Assembly (NCBI GenBank): GCA_965207225.1
Contig: CBDBLV010000005.1
Span: forward strand, 640,001-704,000
Length of the DNA stretch: 64,000 nucleotides
Reading direction: 5' to 3'
DNA from: Dehalococcoidia bacterium
GTDB lineage: Bacteria > Chloroflexota > Dehalococcoidia > Plut-88900
Of this stretch, positions 22,120 through 32,715 are shown piece by piece. The notes under the pieces were generated by a model. That model did no database searches. It saw nothing but the letters and a program-made list of their open reading frames with translations, and was not told the DNA's origin. Each line of letters begins with the position of its first letter. The stretch's first letter is position 1. A program made the position numbers and the translations under genes.

Positions 22120-23034
22120 CTACGCCGATAGCGCCGCGGCCACTTCCTTGATCTTCCCCTGCCCCGATTCGGTCAGCTCACCGACTGCCTTGACAATATT
22201 CGGGTGCTCCAGCCCGGACACCAGGAAGGTCCACCGCCACGCCCGCTGCGTCTCTGTGGTGATCTCCTCCTTCTCGGCATCCGTAAACGTCCGCCCCGTC
22301 GCCTTCTCCAGGGCCTCTATGTTCAGCCCAATCTGCTGGGCCAGCAGCCCGTCGATCGCACCGCCAAGCTCCAGGACTTCATCGATTGCCGCTTCCCGCT
22401 CTTCCAGGCTAAGGTTCTCAGCCACTTCGCCGATTAGCAGCGTGTCCAGCTTAGCGTGCTGAGACTCTTCCAGCCAGTGAAACCTCAGGAGGTCCCGGAA
22501 CAGCCCATCGAAGTCTGCTTCATCCCGCACATGCTCCACGTAGTGGAGCTGCGTGAACCATTCGATAATCGCCGTCAATACCATCACCGCCAGCTTCGAC
22601 TTGCCCCGGACTACCTTTGCCACCTCCTCCCGACCTGGTATTAGGCCGCACTCAATACCGAAACCCTGGCCAAAAAGATCAACCGATCTCCGAAACAGCT
22701 CCTGGTGCTTCAGCTCTTCCTCCGCGAATCGCAGCAGCGAGCGTGCCCTGATTTCGTCGCCATAGACATCCTTCATGGCCTCTTCCGTGACGGTGGGGAT
22801 GATGAACTCCTCCACGAACGCGAAAAGGTGGCAGTAGCCGTTGCCCATGATCTGGTTCAACTGACGCTTCTCATCGTCATTCAAGCACCCGATCCCGTCT
22901 ACGCCTGTCAGCCTGTTGGGCAGAAAGCGTTTCGAAAAGTCGAAATTCTTGTCGGCCAGGACATCGTCTTCCAGCCAGGAGACCCTCTTCGAGATGTCCA
23001 GGCAATCTTGGTACGTGTAGTTGTGGGATAGCAT
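22120..23034 (-). CDS. ferritin-like diiron protein (AurF-like oxygenase family)
   Basis: Two E..ExxH motifs: FVEE/EEELKH and IIEW/EESQH. Confidence 0.75.
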   Translation of the reverse strand: MLSHNYTYQDCLDISKRVSWLEDDVLADKNFDFSKRFLPNRLTGVDGIGCLNDDEKRQLNQIMGNGYCHLFAFVEEFIIPTVTEEAMKDVYGDEIRARSLLRFAEEELKHQELFRRSVDLFGQGFGIECGLIPGREEVAKVVRGKSKLAVMVLTAIIEWFTQLHYVEHVRDEADFDGLFRDLLRFHWLEESQHAKLDTLLIGEVAENLSLEEREAAIDEVLELGGAIDGLLAQQIGLNIEALEKATGRTFTDAEKEEITTETQRAWRWTFLVSGLEHPNIVKAVGELTESGQGKIKEVAAALSA

Positions 23035-23140
23035 GAGTTTCTCCTCCTTGCAGCCGTCCCTTTGCAGGGACCTTGATGCTTAGCTGATCGGGTCCTCCAC
23101 CGACCCATTATATAGCTAACGGCCAAAAGCCTTTCACTTG

Positions 23141-24028
23141 CTATTGCGGGTCGACCTCCAGCGGCAACGACGGATCGGCTGCGTACTCCGACAGTGAGGC
23201 GTCGTACACCGCAATGTCTTCGTACCCCAGCAGCGAGAGTACGAAGGCGTCATCGGATGCGGCTATGCCGCCCCCGCAGTAGGTAACCACCCGCCGAGTC
23301 CTGTCTGCGCCCGCCTCTTCGAACATTGAAGCCAGTTCCTCCGCCGGGCGGTACAGCCCCGTCTTTGTATCGATCAGCTCCATCGCCGGCACGTTGGATG
23401 AGCCGGGAATGTGCCCGGGACGCCCGTAGACCCGACCCCCGTCTGCACCCGAGTGCTGCTCTCGCCCCAACGCGTTTATCAGGCATCCGCCGTCCCCGCC
23501 GTCGGACTCGACGAAGGCCATGACCTCTCCCAGATCGGCGAACCTGGCAGTGTCGACAGTCGGCGTGAAGATGGTGGCTTCGTACTTCGCCCCATCAGTC
23601 GACACTGCCCTCCCCTCAGCGACCCACCGACGCCATCCCCCGTCCAGCACCGCCGCACCATTGCAGCCCATCGACCGGAACATCCACCAAAACCTCGCCG
23701 CCCACATCGAACCCGACCGGTCATATAAGATCAGCTTCGACGACTCCGAGATTCCATGTCTCCCGGCCGCCTCGGCAAACGCTTCCGCCGGGGGTATCAT
23801 GAAGCGGAAGCGCTGTTCGTTATCGGAAAAGTCGCCCTGCAGGTCCAGGAATCCCGACCCGGGAATATGTCCTCCCTCGTACTCTCTTCGCCCCGACTCC
23901 ACCCCGTAGCCCCCGCCATCGCGCGGATGCAGGAAAACGGTCGTCTCGAAGACCCGCACGTCGTCATCCGACAGGTGTTCCGCCAACCAATCCGTCGAGA
24001 CCAGGAACTCAGGATGTGTGAAGGCCAT
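23141..24028 (-). CDS. tandem-domain rhodanese/sulfurtransferase (SseA-like)
   Basis: LVSTDWL, GHIPG twice, LDGG, YCGGGIAA, YDASLSEY. Confidence 0.93.
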   Translation of the reverse strand: MAFTHPEFLVSTDWLAEHLSDDDVRVFETTVFLHPRDGGGYGVESGRREYEGGHIPGSGFLDLQGDFSDNEQRFRFMIPPAEAFAEAAGRHGISESSKLILYDRSGSMWAARFWWMFRSMGCNGAAVLDGGWRRWVAEGRAVSTDGAKYEATIFTPTVDTARFADLGEVMAFVESDGGDGGCLINALGREQHSGADGGRVYGRPGHIPGSSNVPAMELIDTKTGLYRPAEELASMFEEAGADRTRRVVTYCGGGIAASDDAFVLSLLGYEDIAVYDASLSEYAADPSLPLEVDPQ

Positions 24029-24119
24029 GATCATCTCCCTTCAGTCGGCCTTGAACGGTGGCCTCCCGGTCTCGCTCCAGTATCCGCCCCACGCCCTTGG
24101 CCTGCAACGTGCTCAGCCC

Positions 24120-24659
24120 TCACCCGACCGAAATCGCCAACCCCTCAATGAACTCCAGGCCCGGCAGCTTCTCCATCTCCCGGGGCCCCATTTTCACCTT
24201 GGCAGACCGGCTCCCCGCTCCCAGGATGATGTAGTCCATCTCCAGCAACCGCACGTCCGCGTAGATTGGCAGACCCTCCGGCAACGCCAGCGCCGTGACC
24301 CCGCCGATCATCATCCCCGTCACCTCGCGGGTCACCTCCGCCGAGGCAAACGACGCTCGAGACACCCCCATAAGCCCCCGCACCCGCTTGTTCACGTCCA
24401 GCCGGTCGCACGCCCTCACGATCCCCGCGCAGTACGCCGCCGGGCCCCGCTTGCTGGCCACGATGATCGTATTGGCGCAATGAGGAGCGTCAAAACCATA
24501 CTGTTGACAGAAGTCCGCGGTGTCGCCGTACTGCGGGTCTATCTCGATCCACTCCCAGCCCGCAATGCCCAATTCGTCCAGCGCCGCCCGCACTCGTCCT
24601 TCAATCTCTTCAGGTGTACTCAATATCCTGTCCTTCGTGGGGAAATTTGGGTGGCTCAT
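24120..24659 (-). CDS. YbaK/EbsC aminoacyl-tRNA editing domain protein
   Basis: ANTIIVASK, LDVNK, TGMMIGGVT, LGAGSRSAK. Confidence 0.85.
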   Translation of the reverse strand: MSHPNFPTKDRILSTPEEIEGRVRAALDELGIAGWEWIEIDPQYGDTADFCQQYGFDAPHCANTIIVASKRGPAAYCAGIVRACDRLDVNKRVRGLMGVSRASFASAEVTREVTGMMIGGVTALALPEGLPIYADVRLLEMDYIILGAGSRSAKVKMGPREMEKLPGLEFIEGLAISVG

Positions 24660-24997
24660 AAGTCGGCTTCGTGCTGCCGCCGAAGATTCGAGAGGGTGGG
24701 TTGGTAATGGCATTGCCGGGTTCGTCCTCAAACAGCAACTGCCGTACCCTCTTTACGAACTTCTCAGGAAACTCCCTTGTGATACAGAATAACCTCCCCC
24801 TTCCCCCGACCTATTCTACACACCCAAGAAAGCTCGCTTTGGACAAATCGGCAAAGGGGCCCCTGCTAATTTGCGCGCCGGATAGCAATTGGCGAACTTC
24901 GATAGCCTGGGAGTAGAATCAGCTCCGAGACCCGCGTCGCAGCGTTACTACAGGGTGGCTCCATGCCGGTTGCGGATTTCGGGTAGTTGGAGGGACT

Positions 24998-26395
24998 GTG
25001 GGCGGAGTAGGCCGGATAGTATTGGTCTCTAACAGAACGCCTTCCCTGACCGCGCCTTCCAGCGCCGAGGAAAGACGTAGCCTTTCCGTCGGTGGTCTCG
25101 TCAGCAGCCTCAGGCCCTTCCTGGAGGACGTTGGCGGCATCTGGCTGGGCTGGGACGGAAATCTGGACAGCCGGCAGGACGCCATCCCTGTTGCAGTCTC
25201 CGAGGCCAAAGGCATCCATCTCGCCTCCGTGTCTCTTACTGCCGCCGAGGTAGAGAGCTTCTACAACATCTTCTGCAACCGGATGCTCTGGCCTGTCCTC
25301 CACGGTTTTCCCGACAAGGCGACCATTTACCACGACAGTTACCGCATATACCGCAACGTAAACCGCAAATACGCCGCCTCCCTCATGCACCTGCTGACTC
25401 CCGGTGACCTGGTGTGGGTCCACGACTTTCACCTCTTCCCCCTTGGCCGAGAGCTTCGCAAGCTCGGATGGATGGGCAAGATGGGGTTCTTCCTTCACGT
25501 CCCCTTCCCCCCACCCGAGACCTTCGGCATCCTGCCCTGGGCCCGAAAGCTCCTGACCTGCCTTTTTGACTATAACCTCGTAGGCCTTCAGACCCAACAT
25601 TATGCCAATAACCTTCGTCAGACCTTGGACTACGGGCTGGGAGTGAGATTCGACGGTGGGACCGCGCATCACGAAGGCAGGTCCTCGGAGGTGCGCTCAT
25701 TCCCCGTTGGCGCCGATGCCCAGGCTTTCAGCGAAATGGCCAGGAGCCAGGTCTCGACCCCAGTCAGGCGTTTGCTGGGGGAACTCCCCAGGGGCGGGCA
25801 GCTTCTCCTCGGGGTGGACAGACTTGACTATACAAAGGGGATATTTCAGCGGTTGCTGGCCATTGAGCGGCTGCTCGAAGATCAACCGGAGCTTCTCGGT
25901 CGGATCACTCTCATCCAGGTTTCTGCGCCCAGCCGGGTCAACATCCCCGAATATGCCCTGGAACGCGAGCGAGTCGACTCCCTCGTTGGCAGGGTCAACC
26001 GTAGGTTCGGGTCGACTCATTGGAGACCCATACTCCCTCTTCGCAGCTCCTATTCCCAGCAGGACTTGGCCCACCTGTACCGGGAGGCCGACGCCTGCCT
26101 CGTCACCCCCCTCCGGGACGGCATGAACCTGGTCGCTAAGGAGTTCATAGCCTCCCAGACCTCAGACCCCGGAGTCCTGGTCCTCTCCCGCTTCTGCGGT
26201 GCCGCAGAGACCATGCAGGACGCCGTTATGGTCAACCCTTACGATTTTCAGCAGACGGCTTCCGCCATCTATACTGCCCTGACCATGCCTGGGACCGAGC
26301 GGCAGCGTCGTTGGAAGGCGCTCGTTGAGGACGTACGCAAGCACACCGCGCGCCACTGGTGCGACAGCTTCCTCGCCGCTCTGGGTGACGCTTAG
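24998..26395 (+). CDS. otsA: trehalose-6-phosphate synthase (GT20)
   Basis: [38 protein letters not shown]. Confidence 0.9.
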   Translation: MGGVGRIVLVSNRTPSLTAPSSAEERRSLSVGGLVSSLRPFLEDVGGIWLGWDGNLDSRQDAIPVAVSEAKGIHLASVSLTAAEVESFYNIFCNRMLWPVLHGFPDKATIYHDSYRIYRNVNRKYAASLMHLLTPGDLVWVHDFHLFPLGRELRKLGWMGKMGFFLHVPFPPPETFGILPWARKLLTCLFDYNLVGLQTQHYANNLRQTLDYGLGVRFDGGTAHHEGRSSEVRSFPVGADAQAFSEMARSQVSTPVRRLLGELPRGGQLLLGVDRLDYTKGIFQRLLAIERLLEDQPELLGRITLIQVSAPSRVNIPEYALERERVDSLVGRVNRRFGSTHWRPILPLRSSYSQQDLAHLYREADACLVTPLRDGMNLVAKEFIASQTSDPGVLVLSRFCGAAETMQDAVMVNPYDFQQTASAIYTALTMPGTERQRRWKALVEDVRKHTARHWCDSFLAALGDA

Positions 26396-26526
26396 GCCGT
26401 GTAGTGCAAAGCACCTGCTTCACCCGGCTCCTGACGCCGGAGGATCACCCGACCCGGCATTAAACTTCACGCCCATGCGGTGCTAGAATGGTGTAGCTCC
26501 CATACCTGTGACGTCGAGGAGGCGCT

Positions 26527-28377
26527 ATGTACGACTATGGACTGATAGGCGACATGTCCTCGGCCGCGCTGGTCGGCGCTGATGGGTCCATTGATTGGTG
26601 CTGCCTTCCCCGGTTCGATTCACCCAGCGTCTTCGCATCCATCCTCGACGATAGTATCGGTGGCCGGTTCCGTATCCGGCCCAACGGCGACCACACAAAG
26701 ACCGGTCAGGCATACCTGCAGGATACCAACATCCTGGAGACCACCTTCACCACCCCGACGGGCGTCGTAAAGGTTGTCGATTTCATGCCGATTCACGATA
26801 ACGACAGGGATGGCAAGCCTGATAAGAATCCCGCCGAGCCCCCGGAGCTCCACCGCATCGTGACATGCACGGATGGAAGCGTAGAGATGCGCTGCGAATA
26901 TGAGCCTCGACACGATTACGCCCGCACCGTGCCCGCGTTTCGCCTGCTCCGAGGCAACGGCAACGGCCTCGCCGTCGAGACCAGGGGCGGCCAACAGGAC
27001 ATGACCATGCTCAGCAGCGTCCCCCTGTCGGTGGAGACCGATGCCGTAAAGGGAGAGTTCGCACTGGCCCAAGGGGAGTCGGCCATCTTCGTTTTGGCCT
27101 ACGGCAATGGGAGGTCGGCAAATCTCGAACGGTACCGTACCCGGGAGAAGCTACAGCTTACCCGGAGATACTGGCAGGGCCTCGTTGCAGGCATGAATTA
27201 CGCTGGCCTGTGGCGCGAGCAGGTGGTACGGTCATTCCTCGTATTGCACCTGATGATGTACCGCGGCACCGGGGCCATTGTAGCCGCCCCGACGACCAGC
27301 CTTCCGGAAACCCTTGGCGGGTCCCGGAACTGGGACTATCGCTACTCGTGGCTGCGCGACACCAGCTTTACCGTCGACGTCCTCTACCGGCTTGGAGATA
27401 TGTACGGAGCCGACCTCTACATACATTGGCTGCTGGAGCAGTGCCAGCTGGACCACCGCCCCCCACAGATCCTGTACGGAATTGCGCCGTCCTCGTCACA
27501 CGAGGAACAAATCCTTCACCACCTGCGTGGCTACGAGGATTCCCGGCCGGTACGTATAGGCAACGCCGCAGCCGACCACCTTCAGTTGGATGTATTCGGT
27601 GAGGTCATTGCGTCGATCCACTCGCTGCTGGTGTTGCACGGGGAAATACCGGAGGAGGCGTGGAACCTCGTATGCTCCCTGGCCGAAATGGCCATCGAAA
27701 ACTGGCGCCGCCGCGACAGCGGCGTTTGGGAGGTGCGCGGAGAAGAGCAGCATTTCGTATATTCGAAGGTGCTCTGCTGGGCCGCCCTCGACACCGCTGC
27801 CTACATTGCAGCAGCCGTAGAGCAGCGGCGGCAATACCGGCGCTGGTCGCAAGAGGCGTACATCATCAAGACGGAGGCGCTCGACCTCGGATGGAGCGAG
27901 TCAAAGCAGGCCTTCCGTCAGCGCTATGGCAGCGACGCCCTGGACGCCTCCAACCTCGCCATACCCTTCTTCGGCTTCATTCCAGCCGAAGACCCCCGGG
28001 TGAGGCAGAACCTCGACGCGATACAGCGGGAGCTGGCCCAGGGCCCCCTGGTCTGGCGCTACATCCCGGAAGAGACGGACGACGGCTTGGACGCACAGCC
28101 GGAAGGTGCATTTACCCTGCTGAGCTTCTGGCTTTTGGGCAACTTGATTTATACGGGTCAGGCCGACCAGGCCCTGGACCTGTTCCATGAGACCATCACC
28201 CGCTGCTCCAACCATCTTGGCCTCTTTGCAGAGATGATCGATCCCTCAACCGGCCGTCAGTTGGGCAATTTCCCCCAGGCGTACTCCCACATCGGCCTTA
28301 TTCACACGGCCTTGAACCTCTCGGGCTTTATCGCCGACACCCCAACCCGGCTCATCCGTCGGCGCGAACCAAGGTAG
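26527..28377 (+). CDS. glycoside hydrolase family 15 (trehalase/glucoamylase-like)
   Basis: APTTSLPE, NWDYRYSWLRD, WEVRG, GNFPQAYSH. Confidence 0.95.
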   Translation: MYDYGLIGDMSSAALVGADGSIDWCCLPRFDSPSVFASILDDSIGGRFRIRPNGDHTKTGQAYLQDTNILETTFTTPTGVVKVVDFMPIHDNDRDGKPDKNPAEPPELHRIVTCTDGSVEMRCEYEPRHDYARTVPAFRLLRGNGNGLAVETRGGQQDMTMLSSVPLSVETDAVKGEFALAQGESAIFVLAYGNGRSANLERYRTREKLQLTRRYWQGLVAGMNYAGLWREQVVRSFLVLHLMMYRGTGAIVAAPTTSLPETLGGSRNWDYRYSWLRDTSFTVDVLYRLGDMYGADLYIHWLLEQCQLDHRPPQILYGIAPSSSHEEQILHHLRGYEDSRPVRIGNAAADHLQLDVFGEVIASIHSLLVLHGEIPEEAWNLVCSLAEMAIENWRRRDSGVWEVRGEEQHFVYSKVLCWAALDTAAYIAAAVEQRRQYRRWSQEAYIIKTEALDLGWSESKQAFRQRYGSDALDASNLAIPFFGFIPAEDPRVRQNLDAIQRELAQGPLVWRYIPEETDDGLDAQPEGAFTLLSFWLLGNLIYTGQADQALDLFHETITRCSNHLGLFAEMIDPSTGRQLGNFPQAYSHIGLIHTALNLSGFIADTPTRLIRRREPR

Positions 28378-28422
28378 GGTTTGGCTGGGCCTTTTCATGA
28401 CAACCGCTAAAGGAAAGCAATA

Positions 28423-28770
28423 GTGGGCCGGGGCAAGATATTCAACTGGACCGACGTAGACCCTTGGCCCTTCAAGCACTCCTGGCTGGTCGAAAAAGTC
28501 GTTAACGGCAGGAACATGCAGCTTATTCGCGCCGAGTTCCAGCCCGGCGCCACCTACCGACTCCACTCCCATGAGCGCGAACAGTTCAGCTTCATGCTCA
28601 GCGGCCGGATGCGCCTCACCGTCGGGGATGAAGTCAGGGAAATCGGCCCCGGAGACGTATGGTATGCCCCGAGCAACGTGCCCCACGGCGGCGAAATCCT
28701 CGGAGACGAGCCCGTGGTATTCGTTGACGTCTATTCTCCCCCCGCCGAAGAGTTCCTGGACAACGGTTAG
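28423..28770 (+). CDS. cupin domain protein
   Basis: HSHEREQ..PSNVPHG. Confidence 0.9.
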   Translation: MGRGKIFNWTDVDPWPFKHSWLVEKVVNGRNMQLIRAEFQPGATYRLHSHEREQFSFMLSGRMRLTVGDEVREIGPGDVWYAPSNVPHGGEILGDEPVVFVDVYSPPAEEFLDNG

Positions 28771-28843
28771 CCTTCTTATGGCTATATACTGATTAGTCCC
28801 GTCCATCGACCACGCAGGCAATACTGGTCAAAGCCGCCTGGTT

Positions 28844-30052
28844 GTGTTATCAACGAAGAAGAATACAGTCCCGTCTGACAAGAATATGGACAGATCTAAT
28901 AACAGCCGAACAGATACTGTGAATGTGGCCCCGGAGCGGTCCGGCATGGTGCCGGTAGCTGCCCGGGAGCGACTCAAGAGCTTGCTGGAGAAATTCCAGG
29001 TGTCGGGGCAGCAGATGTTGGGCTATCCCACGAACCGGGACTTCGACTACCGGGAATTGCTGTCCTTTCTGCAATTCAGCGGTAACAACATCGGAGACCC
29101 GTTCCACGATAGCAACTACGCCAGCAACACCCACGATATAGAGCGCGAGGTTATCGGCATCTTTTCAGACCTGATGCGCATTCCCCGCGACCAGGCCTGG
29201 GGATATGTCACCTCCGGCGGTACGGAAGGCAACATGTATGGGCTGTACATAGGGCGAGAAATGTTCCCCGACGGCGTTGTCTACTTCTCCCAGGATACCC
29301 ACTACAGTGCCGTGAAAATCCTCCGGCTCCTCAAGGCCAGGAACATAATGATTAAGAGCCAGCCCAGTGGTGAGATAGACTACGAAGACCTGTATGAGAC
29401 GATACGGATTAACCGGGACGTTCCCGTGATCTTCCTGGCTAACATCGGTACAACCATGAAGGGTGCGGTCGACGATGTCGACAAGGTGCGCGGCATACTG
29501 AACGACCTTGCAGTTACAGACTTCTATATCCACGCCGACGCCGCGCTTAGTGGAATGGTCCTCCCCTTCGTCGATGACCCGCAGCCCTACGGCTTCGATA
29601 GAGGCTTCGACAGCGTTGCCGTGAGCGGTCACAAGATGATCGGGGCCCCTCTCCCGTGCGGCGTCGCATTGACCCGACGGGAGTACGTCTCGCGCATCGC
29701 CCGGTCCGTCGAATACGTGGGAGTCCTGGACACCACCCTGACCGGCTCCCGGAGCGCATTTGCACCACTTATGATTTGGTACGCGTTCCAGCGCTACGGG
29801 CTTGAAGGCTTTAAGAGCATGGTTGCCGAGAGCCTCGCCAGTGCAGAGTACGCCGTGGAACGCTTCAATGAGGTTGGTATCCCCGCCTGGCGAAACAGGA
29901 ACTCCTTGACCGTGGTTTTCCCCAGGCCCTCCGAGGACGTCGTCCGCAAGTGGCAGATAGCGCCTTTCCAGGACATAGCGCACCTCATCACCATGCCGAA
30001 CGTCACCCGAGAGGCCATAGACGCCCTCGTCGATGATGTCCTGAAAGACTGA
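28844..30052 (+). CDS. PLP-dependent histidine/serine decarboxylase family; start uncertain
   Basis: LGYP, NNIGDPF, GYVTSGGTEGN, HADAAL, SGHK. Confidence 0.9.
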   Translation: MLSTKKNTVPSDKNMDRSNNSRTDTVNVAPERSGMVPVAARERLKSLLEKFQVSGQQMLGYPTNRDFDYRELLSFLQFSGNNIGDPFHDSNYASNTHDIEREVIGIFSDLMRIPRDQAWGYVTSGGTEGNMYGLYIGREMFPDGVVYFSQDTHYSAVKILRLLKARNIMIKSQPSGEIDYEDLYETIRINRDVPVIFLANIGTTMKGAVDDVDKVRGILNDLAVTDFYIHADAALSGMVLPFVDDPQPYGFDRGFDSVAVSGHKMIGAPLPCGVALTRREYVSRIARSVEYVGVLDTTLTGSRSAFAPLMIWYAFQRYGLEGFKSMVAESLASAEYAVERFNEVGIPAWRNRNSLTVVFPRPSEDVVRKWQIAPFQDIAHLITMPNVTREAIDALVDDVLKD

Positions 30053-30070
30053 TTGCCGGAGGACCCTCGA

Positions 30071-30463
30071 TTGGACAGAATCATAGTTATGGTAAAGGAC
30101 GATGTCGGGGTGATAGCTGGCATTACCGGAGTTCTTGCAGCCGCCGGTATCAACCTTCGGTCCCTCAACACCGAGAACACCGGCGAGACCGGCCTGGTGA
30201 TCATAACCGCTGATAACACCGATGAAGCGCTGCGGGTGCTGACGGAAGCCGGCTTTCGAGCGGTCCTCGATGATGTGCTCGTAGTTCGACTCCCAGACGA
30301 ACCCGGGGCCCTTGCCAAGATCGCAGAGAGATTCAGGCGCGCAGGCGTCAACATTCAAAGCCTGCATATCCTCGACCGGCACGAAGGCTACGCCACGGTC
30401 GCTCTGGCAGCCGATGATCGGACCCAGGCAGAGGAACTGATCGGGCAGGATGCAATCATCTAG
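30071..30463 (+). CDS. tandem ACT-domain protein
   Basis: GGAGGA RBS then TTG 30071; DDVGVIA..GINL and DEPGALAKIA..GVNI. Confidence 0.85.
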   Translation: MDRIIVMVKDDVGVIAGITGVLAAAGINLRSLNTENTGETGLVIITADNTDEALRVLTEAGFRAVLDDVLVVRLPDEPGALAKIAERFRRAGVNIQSLHILDRHEGYATVALAADDRTQAEELIGQDAII

Positions 30464-30537
30464 ATATCGCAGACCTGTATGCACTGTCGACTGGAAGATA
30501 AGGCAGTTCCCTGAACATCCATGTAGGAGGACACCCG

Positions 30538-30840
30538 ATGGGCACCACCGACGCCCTTGACGACAGGTACGAAGAAGCCGAAAGAGGCCTTGACTGGCTC
30601 GAAAAACTCGAGGCCCTCCAGGCCCGCTCCGCCTCCGACAAGGCCGCCTACGAAGTCGCCGAGTACGTCATGAAACTCCGCAACGCCGTAACCAGGCTCG
30701 CCGGCGACCGACCCACCTCCCAGCTGACCAGGGACGTGGGCCAAGAGACCACGCGTCTCGTCGAGGAACTCCGCTACTGGGGCGACCACGACTACTGGAA
30801 CACCAGGATCCGCCCCGCCCTCCTCAAATCCGACCCCTAA
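30538..30840 (+). CDS. hypothetical protein (100 aa)
   Basis: AGGAGG RBS and host-like C-ending codons. Confidence 0.7.
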   Translation: MGTTDALDDRYEEAERGLDWLEKLEALQARSASDKAAYEVAEYVMKLRNAVTRLAGDRPTSQLTRDVGQETTRLVEELRYWGDHDYWNTRIRPALLKSDP

Positions 30841-30876
30841 CCCACCTATCCTCAGAATTAAGGAGCCCCGACACCC

Positions 30877-32157
30877 ATGACCCCACCCCGCTTCCCCCCC
30901 ACCTCCCGCCCCTGGCCCGACATCCAGGCCGAGATGGCCTCCGCTCACGCTGAGGACAAACCCTGGTACGCACCCCGGCAGTTCAAGGGCGGCAGCTACT
31001 TCGGCGGAGAGGATGTCGTCCAGGTCGCCAACGACGCCTATCAGATGTACATCAACCACAATGCCCTCTTCGCCCCCGACCTCTTCCCCAGCCTCGTCAA
31101 GTACGAACGCGAGCTCCTCGATGCCCTACTCGAAATGCTCTCCGCACCCGACGGCGCAGGCGGCAGCCTCACCTCCGGCGGCACCGAGAGCATCGTCGTC
31201 GCCGTAAAGGCCGCCAGGGCCTGGGCCCGAGACCACAAACCCGACGCCACCGCCCCAGAAATCGTCGTCCCCCGCGCCGCCCATCCCTCCTTCGACAAGG
31301 CCACCCACATCCTCGGCATCAAGACCGTCCGGGTCCCGACCAGCACGGACTTCCACGCCGACCTCCGGGCCATTTCAGACGCCATCAACGAAAACACCAT
31401 CCTCATCGCCGGTTCCGCTCCCTCTTATCCCTACGGCGTCACCGACCCCATCTCCGAAATCGGCGCCCTCGCCCAAAAGCATAACCTCTGGTGCCACGTC
31501 GACGCCTGTCACGGCGGCTATGTACTCCCCTTCGCCCGAAGGCTAGGCTACCCTATCCCCGACTACGACTTCGCCGTCGATGGCGTCACCTCCATTTCCG
31601 TCGACGTTCACAAGCTCGGCTACGCCAACAAGGGCGTCTCCGGCCTCCTGCTCCGTGATGAAGCCCTCGTCGAATACCAGCGCTTCACCTTCGAAGACTG
31701 GCCCTCGGGCCTCTACTCCACCCGCAGCAACACCGGCTCCCGCTCCGGTGGCGGCGTCGCATCCGCCTGGGCCGTCCTCAACTACCTCGGCGAGGAGGGC
31801 TACCTCCGCATTGTTGAAAGAATCCTCGACACCCGGGACCGCTTCATCGACGGTATCAACTCCATCGATGGCCTCCGAGTCTACGGTACGCCCCACGCCT
31901 ACCTCGTAGCCTTCGGCCCCGACCTCCAACACGAGCCCTCAAGAGACCTCGACATCTTCGCCGTCCACGACGGTATGCTCGACAAAGGCTGGAACAGCAA
32001 CCGCATCGTCGACCCCGAAGGCATCCACCTCTTCTTCGACTACTCCCACCACGACATCGCCGAACAATACCTCACCGACCTCGCCCTCGTAACCGCCCAA
32101 ACCCGGTCCGGCAACATCACCCGCCGCCCCACCCAAACCACCTACACCCGCAGCTAG
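30877..32157 (+). CDS. PLP-dependent enzyme, sphingosine-1-phosphate lyase/group II decarboxylase family
   Basis: TSGGTESI, AHPSFDKA, HVDACHGG, SVDVHKLGY. Confidence 0.9.
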   Translation: MTPPRFPPTSRPWPDIQAEMASAHAEDKPWYAPRQFKGGSYFGGEDVVQVANDAYQMYINHNALFAPDLFPSLVKYERELLDALLEMLSAPDGAGGSLTSGGTESIVVAVKAARAWARDHKPDATAPEIVVPRAAHPSFDKATHILGIKTVRVPTSTDFHADLRAISDAINENTILIAGSAPSYPYGVTDPISEIGALAQKHNLWCHVDACHGGYVLPFARRLGYPIPDYDFAVDGVTSISVDVHKLGYANKGVSGLLLRDEALVEYQRFTFEDWPSGLYSTRSNTGSRSGGGVASAWAVLNYLGEEGYLRIVERILDTRDRFIDGINSIDGLRVYGTPHAYLVAFGPDLQHEPSRDLDIFAVHDGMLDKGWNSNRIVDPEGIHLFFDYSHHDIAEQYLTDLALVTAQTRSGNITRRPTQTTYTRS

Positions 32158-32334
32158 CCCCATCCGGTTCCCTTCCCCCCTCGTCATCCCGAGATCCTCT
32201 CCTTCCCGGTGCGGGGCCGCTCACCCTGAGTTCCGTCGAAGAGCCTGCCCCTGCGTAGGCAGGGGGTCGAGCGTGGGGAGGCCCACGCATCTTCAACCCC
32301 TCACATAACTCCACTGACAACTCACGCCCCTCAC

Positions 32335-32400
32335 TGTCATTCCGAACGGCAGTGAGGAATCTGGGGAGGTGCAGTGCAGGTCTCCCAACTCGCCTGGATA
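32335..32400 (+). repeat. REP-like family D (GTCATTCCGA..GAGGAATCT) within a 66-bp direct repeat
   Basis: 60/66 identical to 34562-34627; shorter relatives near 32514, 51373, 56905, 60558, 60637 and 61678. Confidence 0.85.
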
Positions 32401-32413
32401 TGCACCCTTCCGC

Positions 32414-32437
32414 GTAGGGGCGACCGGCGGGTCGCCC
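32414..32437 (+). repeat. GTAG-type REP (GTAGGGGCGACC..GGTCGCCC)
   Basis: GTAG foot plus GC-rich palindrome; relatives near 33908, 33969, 49080 and 51424. Confidence 0.75.
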
Positions 32438-32609
32438 TGGGGGCAGTGGGGGGCGGCCCGCGCATTGCTCAACCATCGCGTTGCCCCACCACGAACCCGC
32501 GCCTCTCCTCTCCCATCCCGATGCCCCGCGAGGAATCTCAAACGCCCCTCCCCCAACCCACCATGATTCTTGCAACTCTCACCTCTTACTGACGTCCCCC
32601 CTTGGTAAA

Positions 32610-32650
32610 GAATTATCAGCAATGCCGCTTGGCGGCATTGCTGATAATTC
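32610..32650. repeat. perfect 19-bp palindrome (module B copy 1)
   Basis: GAATTATCAGCAATGCCGC-TTG-GCGGCATTGCTGATAATTC. Confidence 0.95.
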
Positions 32651-32715
32651 AAATAAAACAGGGCGGGCGGGTGGGACTCCATTTACTCCCGGGACGGCGG
32701 GGGGCACCCCTCCCC

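Noticed and set aside
30050-30070. UGA (Sec) readthrough fusing the decarboxylase to the ACT protein
   Set aside because: Although in frame, a GGAGGA RBS with TTG at 30071 explains an independent start, and the UGA is not at a conserved Cys position.
21933-30500. Integrative island at tRNA-Ala
   Set aside because: No integrase and no duplicated tRNA 3' end were found; only a compositional hint remains.
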